From assembly GCA_044892525.1 (NCBI GenBank), contig CM097885.1:41604001-41668000 (forward strand): a stretch of 64,000 nt of DNA. Direction: 5' to 3'. The DNA comes from Schmidtea polychroa. Taxonomy: Eukaryota. Position 1 is the stretch's first letter. Every line of letters begins with the position of its first letter. The position numbers and the translations under genes are program-made. The notes beneath the pieces were generated by a model, which was given only the letters and a program-made list of their open reading frames with translations, was not told the origin of the DNA and did no database searches. Shown one piece after another: positions 1 to 13,436 of the stretch.

Positions 1-105
1 TCAACCAGAATGTAAGGAACCAGGCAGTTGGGATCTTTTGAATGACAATGCAACAGGTCATTGTTAATCAATTGTTACTGACCTTTAGACAAAAATAAAA
101 GCTTT
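1..105 (+). pseudogene. mariner transposase fragment
   Basis: Frame 2 reads QPECKEPGSWDLLNDNATGHC*, resembling the mariner W-x-L-x-HDNA-x-x-H motif around the second catalytic Asp; contains stops. Confidence 0.5.
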
Positions 106-626
106 TGGTAAATCATTTACCATATTCGTCCAGTCTTTCTCTGCGTAGTTCTTTTTCCCAAAGCATCATCTGACAATAGAAGGAAATTGCTTTGCATTTG
201 TTGAAAACATCCATCATGAAATTACTAGCATTCTTAACGATATTCCAATCAGCGACATAAAAGATTAATTTGACACTTATTGAACTTGCAAATCTTTGCA
301 TTTCTCATGAAGGCAAATATTTTAAATGTTATCATATTTTAATAAGCGTACTACTGGAAATAAACAGTAAAAGAATTCAAAGACGTCATTGAACCTTCAT
401 CAATTAAAATATCTGTCATTTCATCTCACTTTGAATTAAGCTATTATTTAAAGCCACTATGTTGAAAAGCGCTTGCTCATTTTCATTAAATATTCGATTT
501 CGCTCTAAAATACTCCGTTTGAATTTAGTATTCGCCTCAACAAATGTCCTCCCATTCCTATTATCAGATAAAACTTTTCGAATAGTTTGTCTGTTGAAAT
601 CCAAGCTTGTTGCAATATCTTTTATT

Positions 627-1836
627 GGTAAAAGCCCGATATAGCATCGGTAATTATTTACATCAAAATATACCACAAAAGATAGCTACTTCATATGGAT
701 TTCATATGGATTTAATTTTTATTAAATTAAATTTTAAATGCAAAATGGCCGGAAGACCACGAGCATCCACAATAATAGTGCCTCGTAATGAAATAATGAG
801 TAAAAACGATATGTTAAATGAGGTGTGGCGATTGTCGACGCTTTCACCACACTTACAACAACCTGATTCGGCATTACAGTGGTGTGCCCGCCGAAGCTTG
901 GTTCGCAACTCTGTGCCATGCGGAATTTGCAATCAACCGTGCACATTGAATCGGTACCAGCAGGGAATTGACGGTAGGAGATGGGCATGCGACCGTTGTG
1001 GTTACCGTGTATCGGTGCGAAACAAATCCTTCTTTGCACGCAGCCAATTATCATTACAACAAATTGTTGTCCTCGTTTATTGCTGGTCGTATGATATGCC
1101 GCAGATGCAGATGTAGCACGAGGCTGATGTTGCCAAAAACCTAGTAATTGATTGGTGCAACTACATGCGCGAAGAGTGTGCAACATGGCTGGAACGCAGT
1201 GCGCCCGAAATTGGTGGAATAGACGTCAATGGACAATCTATAATTGTGGAAATAGATGAAACAAAATATTTTCACAGGAAATATCACCGTGGTCAGTGGC
1301 GTGATGGCCACTGGGTTTTCGGAGGAATTGAACGAGAAAGTGGCCGGTGCTTCCTGTTGGAAGTGCAAGACAGGCGGGCAGGGACGTTGCAAGCATGTAT
1401 AGAAGCTCACATTTTGCCAGGGACACATATAATGTCTGATGGGTGGGCTGCATATGCAAATATAGATCAAATCAGACATGGAATATATGAGCATTCCGTT
1501 GTTGTGTACCAACGTAACTTCGTCGATCCTAATGACTCCGAAGTGCATACTCAGAACATCGAGAACATGTGGATGAGGGTGAAGAGGAAGTTTCCGTCAT
1601 ATCTGCAAGAATTTGCGTATCGTAACCAATTTCGACGCACAGACTTGTTTCCAAACTTCTTAATTACGCTTATGGATAACTATCCGTGAATTACTTTTCG
1701 TGATGTTGTTTACTTGAAATACAATTGCGCTGTTTGAGTGTATTTTGATGTGAATAAAGCTTGTTTGGGTGTACTGTCACTTTTTTGTGGTACATTTTGA
1801 TGTAAATAATTACCGACGCTATATCGGGCTTTTACC
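627..1836 (+). mobile_element. Merlin (IS1016/ISXO2-like) DNA transposon
   Basis: About 55-bp TIRs (GGTAAAAGCCCGATATAGC...GCTATATCGGGCTTTTACC); perfect 8-bp TSD CTTTTATT at 619-626 and 1837-1844. Confidence 0.95.
745..1689 (+). pseudogene. Merlin/ISXO2 DDE transposase with one premature stop
   Basis: N-terminal CxxC...CxxC, then VEIDETKY, WVFGGIER, IMSDGW and HTQNIENMW motifs. ORFs 607-1116 and 1165-1689 share a frame and are separated by one TAG (1114-1116). Confidence 0.9.
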
Positions 1837-2736
1837 CTTTTATTTTCATATTATCATTTTGCGCCATTCTAATAATCGTTTCCGCCATTTCAACAGTTAC
1901 CATTTTGCGACTCTTCCTTGCCATGGACGCCTTTTGAATTTTAATATTTAACGTTATTTAAAAACCAATTAAACAAACAAACAGTAATAGTCATTATATC
2001 ATGCATATTAATTATTTCATCATACCTTTGAGTAAATGGATATATAGTTTTGAATAGATGAATATATAGTTTTGAATAAATGAATATATAGTTTTGAATA
2101 AATGAATATATAGTATTGAATAACTCTGTAAATCGAATATTTAAACTTTTATTTTGACGACTTCGGATATTTTTTAAAAATTTCTGAATTGATATAAATA
2201 CTATATAATATAATTATATAAGAGTTTTTACTACATTAAAGTACACACTAGTTTTTATTACAAATATCCTTATAATTCTTTGTGTGAATGGCTTCATAAT
2301 CACTTTCAACAGAACTTGAATCGACGCATAAAGCATTATTGAGATTAGGACATTTTATAATATGTCCAAATCAGAATATGATATATTTATAGACTCAATC
2401 GTTGAATCACTTGAAGTTACTAAATTAACAACTTCTTTATTATATGAGATAGACTTGGATTGACTATTTTAATTGTTGCTCAAACTGTTTAAAGCCAGTG
2501 TGACTCTTTTTTCTTCTAGATTAGATGCTTTTTGGGTAAAATTTGGGCAATCGTCATAATATAATAAACTACAGGTTCGTTGAGACAACTCAGAATCTAT
2601 CATCACTATCATGCCAAGAATTAGAACTATTTCCATTTAAAATTTTTAATATTAAAATATTCAAAACTTGGTTAATTATTTATTCTTTTAAACAATTACG
2701 AAGCCATACAATTAAATTAAACACAATTTCATTTAA

Positions 2737-2967
2737 CCCATTTTTGCCCAGTGTTCCAATATTGGAACATTTAGTATTTTTACTCCCACTCCATTATTCT
2801 AGGTGCAATAAAAGTTTAGACTGCAACAGTCTACAGATAGCAAGCGTGGAGATTGTCTTGTATTATTTTTGCAGGTTTGAACCTGTTAGAAAGAGCAGTG
2901 CTTTTTTATTTGCATCAATTACGTTCCAAAGAAAATGTCATCACAAAAAAATTCGGGCAAAAATAGG
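2737..2967. mobile_element. piggyBac-type MITE
   Basis: TTAA on both sides (2733-2736, 2968-2971); 13-bp TIR CCCATTTTTGCCC / GGGCAAAAATAGG (1 mismatch). Confidence 0.75.
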
Positions 2968-2977
2968 TTAAGTTTTG

Positions 2978-3262
2978 TGTAAGGAGTTAGTAAATCTCTA
3001 TATAAAATTATTATGGTTAAATGGTAGAAGTGAGATCAGTTAGTAGAAATAATTATTTCTGTTAAAATTTTATATTTAAATTCTATATTAAATTATATCA
3101 TATTATATTAAATTATATTAAATTAAATCAATTAAATGTATGACCGGTAATTACATTAATATTAATAATTATCACGCCTCGGTGTTTAAATACTCTAGTA
3201 AACGGCTCAATTTTGAAGTTGTTATAAAAATAAATGCTTGAAGAAGACTTGAATTTAACTGC
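2978..3262 (+). repeat. 5' LTR (its 3' end and the PBS are deleted)
   Basis: Nearly identical to 7574-7856 but lacks the terminal gtctaaca and the PBS seen in the copy at ~21615-21635. Confidence 0.9.
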
Positions 3263-4288
3263 TTGAATTTATTGATAAGCAGACTATTACCTGAGACATT
3301 TCACAAAGGCGATGATTTAGAAAATTTTATCAAGGATTGTCAAAGGTTTTTTGGCGCGACAAAAACAACAATTAGGATGCAAGTAATATTAACTACAACA
3401 TTACTTGACAGATCGCTAATGGAAGATTATGAAGCAGCCGAAGGAAAAACTATGGAAGAGAAACTTCGATGTGCATTTTCGAAACCGACATCATTAATGG
3501 ATGATCTAAAAGAAGCTTTGAGTTATGAACAAGGATCAGATTCAGCCGAAACTTTTATAGAGAAAATTAAAAAGATGACAAAGAAATTAATAGCGCACAA
3601 ATGGGATGAAGAAGAAATAGAAAAATGGCTGCTTACAAACTGTGTAAGAGATCGAGAAGTTAAAAAAGAGATCGAGATGAAAGATTTGAAAACATCAGAA
3701 GAAATAAAAGCGACAATAAAGAAATTAGAAAAGGTAAACAAAATTATGGGCCATATTAATGTTGTGAAGACTTCACCGGTTGTTCAAAACTACAGAAGCT
3801 ACAGAGATGTTGCTCAAAGAGGAATGGTAAACGGAAATAATAATTTCAAGCAGCGAAACGTCAGTAACCGACAATTGGAATGCTGGACATGCAAGAAAAC
3901 TGGTCATGTTAGTCGAGAATGCCAAATGAAAAAGAAAATGACGTGTTTTGCATGCGGAGTTGAAGGCCACGTACGGAGAAAATGTTCAACGATTCAATGC
4001 CAGAGATGTCACTTACGTGGACACAAGGAGATTGACTGCTATACAAATTTGGAAAGAAGGAAGTTTCAAACTAATTCAAACATGAGAAACAATAATTATT
4101 ATGCCCACCGAACCACAAGCTATCAACAAAAGATCAACAATTCAGGAAGAACAATTGCAGCAATTGAAGCTAATGATGAGACGATGCCACTTGAGTATTC
4201 AGATGATGCAGAAGACAAATATGAGGATATTCAGCACCAAAAAGTACATGCTTCGACACGGGAGGCAATGATCGGAGCAATAAACTAG
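3263..4288 (+). CDS. Gypsy Gag with three CCHC zinc knuckles (native start codon lost)
   Basis: CWTCKKTGHVSREC, CFACGVEGHVRRKC, CQRCHLRGHKEIDC. Confidence 0.85.
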   Translation: MNLLISRLLPETFHKGDDLENFIKDCQRFFGATKTTIRMQVILTTTLLDRSLMEDYEAAEGKTMEEKLRCAFSKPTSLMDDLKEALSYEQGSDSAETFIEKIKKMTKKLIAHKWDEEEIEKWLLTNCVRDREVKKEIEMKDLKTSEEIKATIKKLEKVNKIMGHINVVKTSPVVQNYRSYRDVAQRGMVNGNNNFKQRNVSNRQLECWTCKKTGHVSRECQMKKKMTCFACGVEGHVRRKCSTIQCQRCHLRGHKEIDCYTNLERRKFQTNSNMRNNNYYAHRTTSYQQKINNSGRTIAAIEANDETMPLEYSDDAEDKYEDIQHQKVHASTREAMIGAIN

Positions 4289-4577
4289 GTAATTTTGATA
4301 TTGATGTACATATTGGTCATAATAATTTTAATAATGTAAATAATCCTTATATATATAGTAATGTAGAACCTTTATGTAATAAAATTTGTAATTTTAAAAA
4401 GTTTCCTTTAAATAATTTTAAATGTTATAGTTATTTTAATGCTGATCGATCTTTAATAAATAATAATAATAATCCTAAGAATCAAGAAGATTTGTTGGGT
4501 GGATTAATGAAATATCAGAGGAGCAAAATATTTTCACTAAAGATGAATGGAAACGACCGATACTGAGTTATGACAAA

Positions 4578-7500
4578 ATGCAAGGTAGACCGAGTACAAC
4601 TCTTGAAATTCAGGGCTATAGAATGGAATGCTTACTAGATACAGGAGCAAGAGTAAATGTAATGGCAGAAGCAGTTGTGGACAAATTAGTGAATGTGAAA
4701 ATCATAAAAACAGATGAGATGTTAAGATGTGCAAATGATAGTAAATTAGAGACAATCGGAAAAATAAATATTGATGTTAGAATTGGTAATATGGAAAGAA
4801 AAATAACATTTATAATAGTTAAAAATATTGTTCCAGATATAATAGGCGGAGTGGAATTGCAGAAAGAGTTTGGAATTGAATTAAACTACATCAAGCAAAA
4901 TGAAGAAGGATATAATGAATTTGTGTGTGAAATAGAAGCTAGATTTGGGGAAAAGATTACAGATAACGAGAGATGTCAAAAAGCAATAGAAATTCTAAGA
5001 TTAGACGAAAATAAAAGACTGTTAGAGATTGTTAAAAACAATAAAAGTGTTTTTATGGCTAATAACTGGGATATCGGATGTACTGATTTAATTTCATATA
5101 AAATCTTCACAAAAGAAGGGCCAATTATGATAAAACCCAGAAGACAACCCATCAATTTAGAGGAGAAAATAAATGCTGCAATAAAAATTTAGAAATTATT
5201 GATATCATAAGAAGATGTAATTCACCTTGGAATACGCCGTTAGTATACGTGTGGAAAAAAGACAAAAAAGATATCAGACTTTGTTTAGATTTTAGACAGC
5301 TTAATAAGATTACTGAAAGACAAGCTTTTCCTATGCCGAATGTAGAAGAAATTCTAGATACATTACATGGATCTAAGTACTTTAGTTCTATAGACCTTGG
5401 GAACGCTTATTATCAAGTGAAATTGGACATAGAATCGCAAGAAAAGACAGCATTTTCTACTAAAGAAGGGCAATTTTGTTTTAATAGAATGCCTTTTGGC
5501 ATTGCGGCGGCACCGGGTACATTCCAAGAATTAATGACAAAAATATTGAAAGATCTATGGAAAGAAGGAGTTATGGTGTATTTAGACGATATTTTAATTT
5601 TAACAAGAACAATTGAAGAACAATGTGTTTGAAAAAGTTCTAGAGAAAATACGGGAAGCTAAATTGAGAATCAACCCAGAAAAATGTCAGTTATTAAAGA
5701 ACGAAGTAAGGTTTTTAGGGCACATTATTAACAGTCAGGGGATTCGGACAAATAAAAGTAAAATTGAGGCTATTAAATCATTTCAGAGGCCTAAGTGTAT
5801 AAAGAATTTGAGAAGCGTTTTAGGTATATGTAACTATTATCGGAGATTTATTAAGGAATATGCAACAAAATCAAGAGCGCTAGAAAGCATATGTGGAAGC
5901 AATAGTGAAAAACTAATCTGGACTGAGGAATGTGAGAAAGCTTTCGAAGAAATGAAAATGGCGTTGACTACAGCGCCAATTCTCGTATTTCCAGATTTCA
6001 AGAAAGAATTCATATTAGATACAGACGCAAGCTTTGATACAATTGGAGCTGTATTATCACAAAGAGACGAAATGGGGCATGAACATGTTATTGCATATGG
6101 ATCCCATGCAATGAGTAGCCATGAAGGAGGATATTGTATAACACGAAAAGAGCTTTTGGATATATATTATTTCTGTCGCCATTTCAACCATTATTTATAC
6201 GGTAAACGGTTTGTTTTGCGCACTGATCATAAAGCAATAACTTTTATGTTAACGACAAAGAAGCTTATAACAGCACAGTTCCAAACGTGGATAAATTACT
6301 TGAGCAGTTTAGACATAAAAATGGAGTTTAGAAAAGGTACGGCGCATACCAATGCAGATATGCTGTCTAGAAATACATACGGCAAATGTGTACAATGTTT
6401 GATGGACCATGATAAGCCCAAATCAGGGCGATTAAAAACTAGATTGTTAACATTGATGACCGAAAATAATGGAAATGAATGGCAAAGAGATAATGCAGAA
6501 ATACAAGATATAAAAGATCAAATAAATGAAAGGAAAAATAATAAATATATATTAAAAGGAAATATGATCTATACCAATCAAAACAAAATATGGATACCAG
6601 AAACAAAAAGACGAGAAATGATTAAGGAAACACATTTATTATTATGCCACGCAGGAGTAGAAAAAGTTATGAAATATATTAAGAACAATTTTGATATGGA
6701 AGATTTGCTAAATGAAGTAAAAGAGACTATTTCAATATGTGAAGCATGTCAGAAAAACAAAGTTTTAACTACAAAGTCAAATAGAAAAAACCCAAGTAAT
6801 TCAAGCTTCAGAACCTATGGAGAAAATATATATGGATATTTGCGGCCCATTAAGAGAAACCTTCAGAGGAGAAAAATATATTTGTGCAATAATCGATCAT
6901 TACAGTAAATACATATCTCTAACACCTATTAGAAAACAAGATGAAAATACAATAAAGGCAGTTTTGTTAAATAATTGGATATTGAAATTTGGAGCCCCAA
7001 AGGAACTACATGTTGATTGTGGAAAGAATTTCGAAGCAAATAGCATTAAAGAACTAGCAAAGGTAGCAGGAATTGAGTTGATATTTTCGAGTCCGTATCA
7101 TCATAATACTAATGGTGTAATTGAAAGACAATTTCGTACTATAAGAGACTATATTAATGCGTCACTCAGAGAAGGAGTTAAAAAAAGCTGGGCAGAATTA
7201 ATACCTGATATAGAATACGTTTTAAATGCGACAGCTCAAAAAACTACTAGAGTGAGTCCAGCAGAAATTATATTTGGAAGAAAGATTAATAGATAGCAAT
7301 GGCATAGTAATAATGAAGTAGATAGAAATGAAATCATGCGGAAATTAGAGGCTAAAAGACAGCAAGCGAAAGAAATTGGCACAACTAGAAACTTAGAAGT
7401 CGGGGACAAAGTATTGGTGAAACAAGAAATTAGAAACAAAGATCACGAGAGATATGAAGGACCATACACAGTAATAAAACGAAATCATGAAAGAAGTTAT

Positions 7501-7578
7501 TTATTAACAGACGAAAACGGGAGGAAAATAACGAGGAATATAGAAAAGTTAAAGCATTTTAAAGAAAGGGGGATGTAA
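4578..7578 (+). pseudogene. Gypsy pol (protease, RT, RNase H, integrase), frameshifted
   Basis: LLDTGA protease; RMPFG and YLDD RT; LDTDAS RNase H; HHCC plus D,D,E integrase (IIDHYSK, HVDCG, IERQFR); GPY motif; split over five ORFs. Confidence 0.93.
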
Positions 7579-7856
7579 GGAGTTAGTAAATCTCTATATA
7601 AAATTATTATGGTTAAATGGTAGAAGTGAGATCAGTTAGTAGAAATAATTATTTCTGTTAAAATTTTATATTTAAATTCTATATTAAATTATATCATATT
7701 ATATTAAATTAAATCAATTAAATGTATGACCAGTAATTACATTAATATTAATAATTATCACGCCTCGGTGTTTAGATACTCTAGAAAACTGCTCAATTTT
7801 GAAGTTGTTATAAAAATAAATGCTTGAAGAAGACTTGAATTTAATTGCGTCTAACA
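7574..7856 (+). repeat. 3' LTR
   Basis: TGTAAGG...CTAACA, preceded by the PPT and followed by the TSD. Confidence 0.93.
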
Positions 7857-8145
7857 TTTTGTTTTTTAACAATAGATATTTTCCACTAATATAGATTCTA
7901 ATATTTAGTTTAATTTTAGTTGATTTTAGATATTACAATAATCCAATGAAAATTATATTAAAATTTAATTAATTTAATATTAACATTCTTTACAAACATA
8001 TTTTATCATTATATTGACTTAATAAACACCAGAAACTCATTGGGGAGTAAAGGTTATAAAAAAATTGGTTACAAAATTTCATATTTTTAAAATAACTTAA
8101 AAACAATTTACAAATAAATTATAATCTCTAATTTCAAAAAGTTAC

Positions 8146-8375
8146 TTCTTTTGGTGGAATAAATTTTGGAAATTTAAGTAATGGAAGAACGAAAATAATT
8201 GTGACGGACGCAATGAAAACTAATCCAATCCACCAAGCTCCCAACCATAGTGGATGACTAGAAATCATATTTTTGCATTTCGTTTCATTTGGTATATCAA
8301 TGTAAAGACTGAGAGAAAGACCACCCAAAACGAAACCTATTGGAGGACCGATTCCACCAAATGTATAAAAAATAG
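8146..8375 (-). CDS. OATP/SLCO organic anion transporter, coding exon 2
   Basis: IFYTFGGIGPPIGFVLGG...LYID...HPLWLGAWWIG; AG acceptor at 8377-8376 and GT donor at 8145-8144; phase matches exon 1. Confidence 0.9.
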
Positions 8376-8659
8376 CTAGAAACATAAAAAAACTTAACTT
8401 ATTATTAATCTTACAATTATTAATATAATGTACACATTTTACTCCATAAATACTCATATTTCATGCTACGGTTAAATTTTTCTTATGCACGTTGAGCCGA
8501 AACAAATATGCGCAATTATTCTGCTGATACCACTAATACGCGTCACCACATGAAATTAATTAAGCACACGGAAGCGAGCTTTCAAAAAAAAATTACCACG
8601 TTAACATAATAAATCTTTAAATAAATATTTTTAATCAAGCTATTAAAAAATATTTATAT

Positions 8660-9863
8660 CCAGGTATCTAGAGAAATCTGAGAACTATTTGCAATTTTAT
8701 TTCGGTGAATACTGAAAATATGCGCTTGAAAAGATTTATTTTATTATCAATGACCATAATGATGAATAAACAGTACCGTATTACCAAATAGCCTATGGGC
8801 CCCGCGTCTTTTAAAGGCTCCCGACTACGTTTCGAAATATAATTGAATTGATACTGATTGAAAATATGCAAATGAAACGGAGAAAGACATCATTAAGCAA
8901 ATTATAAAATTGAACTAGATTTTTGCAGTAGCAAGCACTTATGTTTTTAAAGGAACTAACTATTCAGTTAAAAGTGAAACCTCAAATATTTATTCGCGCG
9001 TTTTGGCTAAGTAAATTTAAAATTTTTATTCAATAAGTGGCACTAGATAAAATGCCTTCGACAGTCAGGGACTCTGTGAAAATGTGTATAGATTGAATAC
9101 CGATAACAACATTACAATAAATATGTTCAAACAAAAGTTGTTTGCTAATATTTCTAGTCATAAATTAGAATTTTTAAATCTAGTTTAACAAGCTTAAATA
9201 CTTTAAGCCATTTTAGAACTACATATAAGCACGCAAACTATATTTTTATATCTTTATTTATTTTTTTATTTAAACTAAAAATGTCGGCGCACGAAAAGAA
9301 TGGATACAAAACCGATGTAGAAAATCGAAGAAACAGTTAAAGAACCTTGACAAAATTATAAAAAAACAGACTCTTCAAACTAAAATTTACTAATAAGTCA
9401 ACAAAGGATTAACCCGATGCCTCATTAAGTGCGTTTGCCAACGAAGTAATGGCGGTAGACATACTCTCTAAAAAGATTGCTGAGAATGAAAGTTTTCGAA
9501 GTTAAAATTACTGAAAAATTGTCATCAATTTTCAAAGATACAAGGATGACTGGATACACTTTCCATTATGACCACTAAACACGACATCTTGTAAAAAGTC
9601 GACTTCCAAGATATCCTGAAAGATTTCATCACAAAAAATTTGAATACAGTGAACATTTAAAATTTTGTTGGTTTATCAAAATCAAAATAACTCAATTTTT
9701 TTCATATAATAATTGTTAGCGTTAAGTTGGTTTAATAAAACTTTTAAAATTGATTTTTTTAAATTGATTGTTGTAAAATAAAAAAAACGCTTTAAGAGAT
9801 AATTTGGAAGGGACCCTGAAATTTCGATTATCTAGGAGCCTCACAATATTTAATTCGGCAATG
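8660..9863 (+). mobile_element. Possible decayed hAT element
   Basis: hAT-like subterminal gggcccc/gggaccc motifs, an end reading taattcggcaatg and a basic N-terminal-like ORF remnant at ~9281; no TSD confirmed. Confidence 0.3.
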
Positions 9864-10769
9864 TAAATAATATTTAAAGTATGATTGTTATCTGTTTTGG
9901 TTGTAAATTACCTTTTAATGACTTCTCCCTCTGACCGGCTGTATGTTCGGCCTCGCGTCTGTGTGCGATTGTCTCAAGCACACAGACGCGGGGGGTCGTT
10001 TTTTTGTAATTTTTATCGCATTAGTGTGTGCGTGGTTATTAAAATTGATACCATTTTGGCGTGCGCACACAGACGCGGACAATGTTCAGAGAATTAACCG
10101 AATTGTGGGTATGTATTTTTTATAATAAGGTCGAATTGATTATTATTTTCTTCGAATTTGGAATTGATTTAACTGGAGTTTTCGTCTAAAAGAATTTATT
10201 TTTGAACAAGATTTGAATTTTAAAGTTTAAAGAAAGAATGGCTCAAGTCAAATGTCAATATGCTGAAAGTCAAAAGATAATTGCTGCACGTCAAATTTCT
10301 CATCGGACGATGGTTTATTCTATGGATGGTATTGAGACTGTGAAAGTAATTAAATTGAATTAGTATTTAATTTCCAGATTTAAATAGATTTAAATAATAT
10401 AATTAAAGTAGATAATAAAATTATAAATTAAAATAAATATATTTAAGAATGATTGAAAATTAAAATATTAAATATTTATTGAAGGCTTGTGTACGATTAT
10501 TCCTTATTCAAATATTAACTCATGCTTGCGAAAATATCCTCTAAGCTAAAAAACAGAGATTGTTTTATTAAGAGAGATTTTGTGTTGTTTTTTAAAAATA
10601 TAGTTTTGTTTTGTTTTTCTTAAAATTTTTTTAAAAAATAGTGGTGGTATCTAGATTTGGAATGCACATGGATCTGGAGTGCACGTGGATTTGGAGTGCA
10701 CATAACTATCTACTTTAATTATATAATAAGTATAAAAATAATTTAAACTCATACATAATATAAATAGTT

Positions 10770-12530
10770 TTTAACATTTCACGCACATAAAAATAATTTT
10801 GCGTTTAGAACAAACATTTTGGAGAATAAAAATGTCTTTGATTTTTTATCTTATTCCGGTTCTACAAGTTTTGTGAAACTTTTATAAAAAATATTTCACG
10901 AAAGTGAGTTTTCTTACTTTTAGGTGTAGCATTCTTTTAAGCATCTTCACAGTTGAGAACTAATTTCGTAATTTTAATTCAGAAATCTGACTCTTACTTT
11001 CCCCCATTTGCCTTCAGATATATTAAATGTGCGTTCACTAAAGAAATTTTCAGAAGTAACTCCAATCCTAATTTCCTGTATCATTTCACACCTTTTCTGA
11101 TGGTAATTGCATATGAATTCATCTGGTAATAAAGGTCTCTTTCTATCTTACTTCTGTTATAAGCAATAACTGATTTCAGGCTTCCAATTACCTGGTGTAT
11201 TTTCTCTTATCCTCTTTCTATTTTTAGATTGTACACCAATCATGATTGGTTTATGCTTATTTGAAAGAATTCTTATGTCTTTCTGTCCTTCCACTTTATA
11301 ATTACAATGTCATTTTCATCTTCTTGGGAATTCATTTGCTTCTTTTCAATTTGATTTCCATCACAAAATTTATGTTTTTCTTGGCAGCCCTTACTACATG
11401 AATTTTTCTCATTGAAAAAGATTGTGCTGATTCATAACTCATGCAAAAGTTATCGCCATATAACGTCTACACTTATTAAATAAGTTATCCATCAATATTT
11501 CAAAAACTGTTATGATAAGACCAACTACACATTTCCGATTCTCAGACTGCACAAAATACACAAAATGTTGTACGTATATCCCTCTTCTGGGAAAGTTTTT
11601 AACAATTTTATCCTGTATTTATGGACTTTGTTCGAAATAAGTCGTCAAAATGTAAACCATTATCTTCACAAACTTAAAGTTTCGTCTATAAAAACATTTT
11701 CACCTTGAATATAAATGGCTTGATATCTCTTTGTTAGTGAATCTACTAAAGACTAAAATTTACTTATTCTGTCCCTTTCATCTATTTATTCATTGTTAGC
11801 AGAATGAAACATATCTGATAATAGCTGAAATCGGTTTCTTGACATTACCTTATCTGAAATGAAATTTGCAGACAACAGATCCATACTCCAATACCCCTCT
11901 AGTCAACCTATTTAGTTTAACTTCATCCATAAAACAACTCCAAAAAAGTTGTAAGTTCTTCTTTTTTAGTTGAGGAAGCATTGTTCTGTAAAAGCAAAGT
12001 CTTTATTCCTGCCACTATTGAAGTTAATCTAAATTATGTTAGAGCTAATATCAGCATTTTCATCGCAATCTTGTTCTCTCACCTCTTCGTTCAGTGCCAT
12101 TTGAGCAATTAATGAATCAAACTCGATATCATCACAAAATCTACTCACTTCGTAACTCGGATTCCTTAAGAAGTCATCATAAATAACATCGGAGTATCAC
12201 TAAGACTTGATTTATCGAATTTTTGTAAATCTGGTCCAATTTTTAAAGATGTCAAAATAATATTTCTGATTTTACAAATTTTGTTAAACCAATTTGTATA
12301 TTTAATAAATCTGCTTAAAAATTATTTTGAAAAAGAAGGAAAAATCATTTAGAAAATAAATTAAGAAAATAATTCTGAAAACAAGCTAGTGTTTATTTTT
12401 CAGAATTTGGATATTGACACCATTACTTTGTAAAATGACACCTCAGCTTGTTAACACCTTGAAATAAAATGAAGTTTTATTTTGGCCCCCCGGGGATATG
12501 TAGTAGTGAATGAGTCTGACAGTGAATGTG
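10770..12530 (-). mobile_element. Decayed piggyBac transposon
   Basis: Minus-strand remnant DRISKF*SLVDSLTKRYQAIYIQGENVFIDETL...NKVHKYRIKL...GYTYNI matches the piggyBac core; Cys-rich C-terminal remnant near 10780-10880; terminus gtgaatgtg followed by tcaa. Confidence 0.7.
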
Positions 12531-12880
12531 TCAAATCAGACCACTAACAATTGAAGATAAACTTAAATTTGTCAGTAATAAAAGTAGATTATTTTACCTA
12601 ATTCCTTCGACTCCTTGTATGGTTTTGCAAATATGCAAATAAACAAATATTAATTATTAATATGATCTAATCCTAGAGAATGAAAAACCAGACTTTAATT
12701 TTATCAATTTGTTTTTCTATTTTGTTTTGCTATTGGAAATCTATTAAACCACCCCTCTCTTGTCCTTCCCTTAACCCATCACTTTGCGACAGTCTGTACC
12801 AGAATTATTGCTACAATAAAACGAAATTTATTGAAATTTTCAATAAGAATCCCATAAGAAATAAAGTAAAATTAACTCAC

Positions 12881-13436
12881 ATGAATATATTGAATACTTT
12901 TTGTCCGATAAATTGTCCCACAAATAAGTTGGACCGAGAACATAAATCGGACTGGCTCCGATACCAATTAGCAGTTGAGAGACACAAAATATTAACAAAG
13001 CCCAAGTATCAGGTCTTTTATCTGAACAATCGGTCATATTGGGAGAAACCGCTTGATTGCACAGTGCAATTGTGCTATTCTCATCGCAAATCTCCAACTG
13101 ATAAGATGACCCAATGAAATGCGGCAACGAAAACATAAAAATCCCAATTGTCATTAGAATTCCAGAAATTCCAATAAATCGCGCTCGATTCAGTCTGTGA
13201 CCAATGAGACTCAATAAAATCGTTGTTGGAATACAAGATATTTCATATGACATATAAATATAACCAATTTCCTTGGTGGTCATCTTGTAACGCCTCTCAA
13301 TAGTCGTATTGATGCTGTTCAGATAGCCCGACACCAACATCGACTGCATCAACACTGTCATGCATAAATGAAATAAAAAATAATCTATTCTACGAAATAG
13401 ACTTCGAGACTCATTCCTGTTTGTTTCTTTGAGCAT
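12881..13436 (-). CDS. OATP/SLCO organic anion transporter, coding exon 1
   Basis: SGYLNSINTTIERRY, SYEIS, FSLPHF and SQLLIGIGASPIYVLGPTYLWDN are OATP family motifs; donor GTGAGT at 12880. Confidence 0.92.

Larger units (their letters stand above)
110..2130 (-). mobile_element. Decayed IS630/Tc1-like DNA transposon interrupted by Merlin
   Basis: Removing Merlin and one TSD gives a continuous frame MARKSRKMVTVEMAETIIRMAQNDNMKIK-DIATSLDFNRQTIRKVL (HTH-like) from ATG ~1924. About 21-bp subterminal repeats (atgaatatatagttttgaata) at 2035-2120 end near ctctgTA. Confidence 0.55.
2978..7856 (+). mobile_element. Ty3/Gypsy LTR retrotransposon, near full length, decayed
   Basis: About 280-bp LTRs (2978-~3262 and 7574-7856, TG...CA); 5-bp TSD TTTTG (2973-2977, 7857-7861); polypurine tract aaagaaaggggga before the 3' LTR; gag then PR-RT-RH-INT order. 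Confidence 0.95.

Noticed and set aside
2543..2971. 142-aa ORF
   Set aside because: Non-ATG start, runs across a MITE, no motifs
9900..10705. cacagacgcgg and ggatttggagtgcac repeats suggesting a transposon
   Set aside because: No matching termini, TSD or diagnostic ORF identified
12680..13117. 145-aa plus-strand ORF with a signal-peptide-like start
   Set aside because: It is the antisense shadow of SLCO exon 1 and has no recognisable motifs
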